A stretch of 64,000 nt of DNA from Octopus sinensis (taxonomy: Eukaryota), in contig NC_043023.1 in NCBI RefSeq assembly GCF_006345805.1, forward strand, positions 5,456,001-5,520,000, read 5' to 3'. Of the stretch, positions 61,929 through 64,000 are shown piece after piece. The notes beneath the pieces are model-generated. The model was given only the letters and a program-made list of their open reading frames with translations. It had not been told where the DNA came from and made no database searches. How positions within the stretch are numbered: position 1 is the stretch's first letter; each line of letters starts with the position of its first letter. The position numbers and the translations under genes were made by a program.

Positions 61929-63582
61929 AACAAGGTTTCTAAGATTGGTAGAAGGGAGGGAAAGTGTCTCTCAAACTGAAGACTTGGTCTTGGTAAAAAA
62001 ACTTCTCTGAAAATACAAGAAAAATAAAAAGGCCATGAGGAGATTTATGGGATGCCTAAACCAAAATTTTGCCTTTTCTTTATAGATTCTTGAAAGGATA
62101 AAAAACAAAGTTGACCTTCACAGGATTTGAACTTGGCGTACTGAGGGAACCCACGTTCTACTATAGCCTCAGGCCGACCAAAGCCTTGTGAGTGGATTAG
62201 GTAGACAGAAACTGAAAGAAGCCTGTCGTATATGTCTATATATATGTATGTGTGTGTATGTGTTTGTGTGTCTGTGTTTGTCTCTCTAGCGTTGCTTGAC
62301 AACCGATGCTGGTGTGTTTACGTCCCCGTTACTTAGCGGTTCGGCAAAAGAGACCAATAGAATAAGTACTGGGCTTACAAAAGAATAAGTCCCGGGTCGA
62401 TTTGCTCGACTAAAGGTGGTGTTCCAGCATGGCCTCAGTCAAATGACTGAAACAAGTAAAAGAGTAAAGAGTATATATATATATAGCAGCAACAACAACA
62501 GCTATAATAGGCAGGACACCAATCCACGCATCCAAAGAAATACATTGGGTGCATGGGAACTTCCTTTAAGAAACATCTCTCCACCATAGATCCTCCTTCA
62601 GAGGGTCATTTATTCACATTATTTTCAATTTGTCACCCATTTTAATAACAAATCCTGCATGACATTTTATTGGATCCAGATAATTTACCTCATTGTTTAT
62701 CATTAAGGTAGGCCATGGTGGGATTTGAATTTGGAACATTAAAAAGAACTGCTGACTCTTATGCCACAACTTCCTCTCACTCTTTTCTCCCGCATCTTGC
62801 AGCTCACCCGCGACAGACCGGTGTCCTGTCCAGGTGGGGAACCTATACGCCAAGAGACCGGAAAACCGGCCCTTATGAGCCAGGCATGGCTCGAGAAGGA
62901 ACAAACATACATACTGGCCTCCCTTCTCCATGCCACTAATGTTATCCAAAGGAAAGGCAAAGGTCAATACAGCTTGGCGCCAGAGAAGTTGCATCTAATT
63001 TCTACAGCCGAGTGAACTGGAGCAATGTGAAATAAAGTGTCTTGCTCAACACAGCCCAGTCCAAGAATCGAACTCACTACCTCATGATTGCAAGCCTGAC
63101 ACTCTAACCACTGAGCCAAGCAATTTATTGCAGATAAATTTTAACAACACCTTATATGGACCTGGTTGAGAACCACTGAGTTAAGCAATAGGGTCCATAT
63201 AATTGATCTGCCCCCTTCCTGAAAATTTCAGGCCTCGTAACCAAAGTAGAAAAGATTATTTAGTTCTGCTTTTTAATGTTCCAAATTCAAATCCCTCCAT
63301 GGCCTACCTTAATGATAAACAATGAGGTAAATTATCTCGATCCAATAAAATGTCATGCAGGATTTGTTCCCTCAGTACGCCGAGTTCAAATCCTGCGAAG
63401 GTCAACTTTGTCTTTCATCCTTTCAAGAATCTATAAAGAAAAGGCAAAATTTTGGTTTAGGCATCCCATAAAACTCCTTATAGCTTTTTATTTTTCTTGT
63501 ATTTTCAGAGAAGTTTTTTACCAAGACCAAGTCTTCAGTTTGAGAGACACTTTCCCTCCCTTCTACCAATCTTGGAAACCTT
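61929..63582. repeat. ~320-bp inverted duplication; left arm split by a ~500-bp insertion
   Basis: 63262-63582 is the reverse complement of 62647-62750 joined to 61929-62150. Confidence 0.85.
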
Positions 63583-63583
63583 A

Positions 63584-63900
63584 TCTTTATATATAAAAGT
63601 GAAGTTGTGTGTCTGTCTCCTATGATTTAGATTCCTAACTACACCCACATTTTGCGGTGCAGTTTAACTAAAACTGGGTATCTTATAGTCGTGATTCATA
63701 TCGAGCCCTTCTGGGTATTAGTGCGTGTCTACGATTTTAAAAATAATTTACCATCAATTTTTCCCATTTTAATGCATTTTTTCGCTATTATATAAGGGAA
63801 GTAACTCTCTAAAAATGTCTACGACGAGTCAACGATATTTTAAAAAAATTTTCTTTTGCATAACTGTATGAATTCTTGTATGTAGAACACGAATTCATAA
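63584..63900 (+). mobile_element. Helitron-like 5' end
   Basis: TC..tatatataaaagtgaagttgtgtgtctgtc start typical of non-autonomous rolling-circle elements; a similar architecture lies on minus at 46560-46720. Confidence 0.4.
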
Positions 63901-64000
63901 AAATTTTCTGAAAAACGTTAGAGGTTATATGGAGTGCTTAAACCAAAAATCTGCCTTTTTTTTGTGTTGACCCTCACCCAAAGAATGAATGGTAAAGTTG

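Overview
AT-rich, repeat-dense animal genomic DNA. The SINE/RTE/Penelope repertoire and (TA)/(CA) load suggest an Octopus-type cephalopod genome (inference; no taxonomic search was run). One host gene is reconstructable: a Polycomb/CBX (PRC1 chromobox) orthologue on the minus strand, ATG 58415 to stop 18972. Its five coding exons are 58347-58415, 46009-46052, 29046-29111, 23650-23713 and 18972-20518, encoding chromodomain, AT-hook-like motif, long low-complexity region with a second AT-hook, and C-terminal Pc box. As assembled, the last exon needs a -1 frameshift to reach the Pc box. The rest is tRNA-derived SINEs, a young 5'-truncated RTE LINE with many copies of its 3' end, Penelope, CR1, R4/Dong-like and mariner relics, MITEs, foldbacks and microsatellites. 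The least expected signal is a set of type I hammerhead-ribozyme motifs: a ~350-bp tandem array with one hammerhead per unit (retrozyme-like, 12.3-13.3 kb), an inverted hammerhead pair and a dispersed/tandem hammerhead family inside Pc introns, mostly in the pre-mRNA sense. All structures were read by eye; repeat boundaries are approximate and family names need a Dfam/Repbase check.
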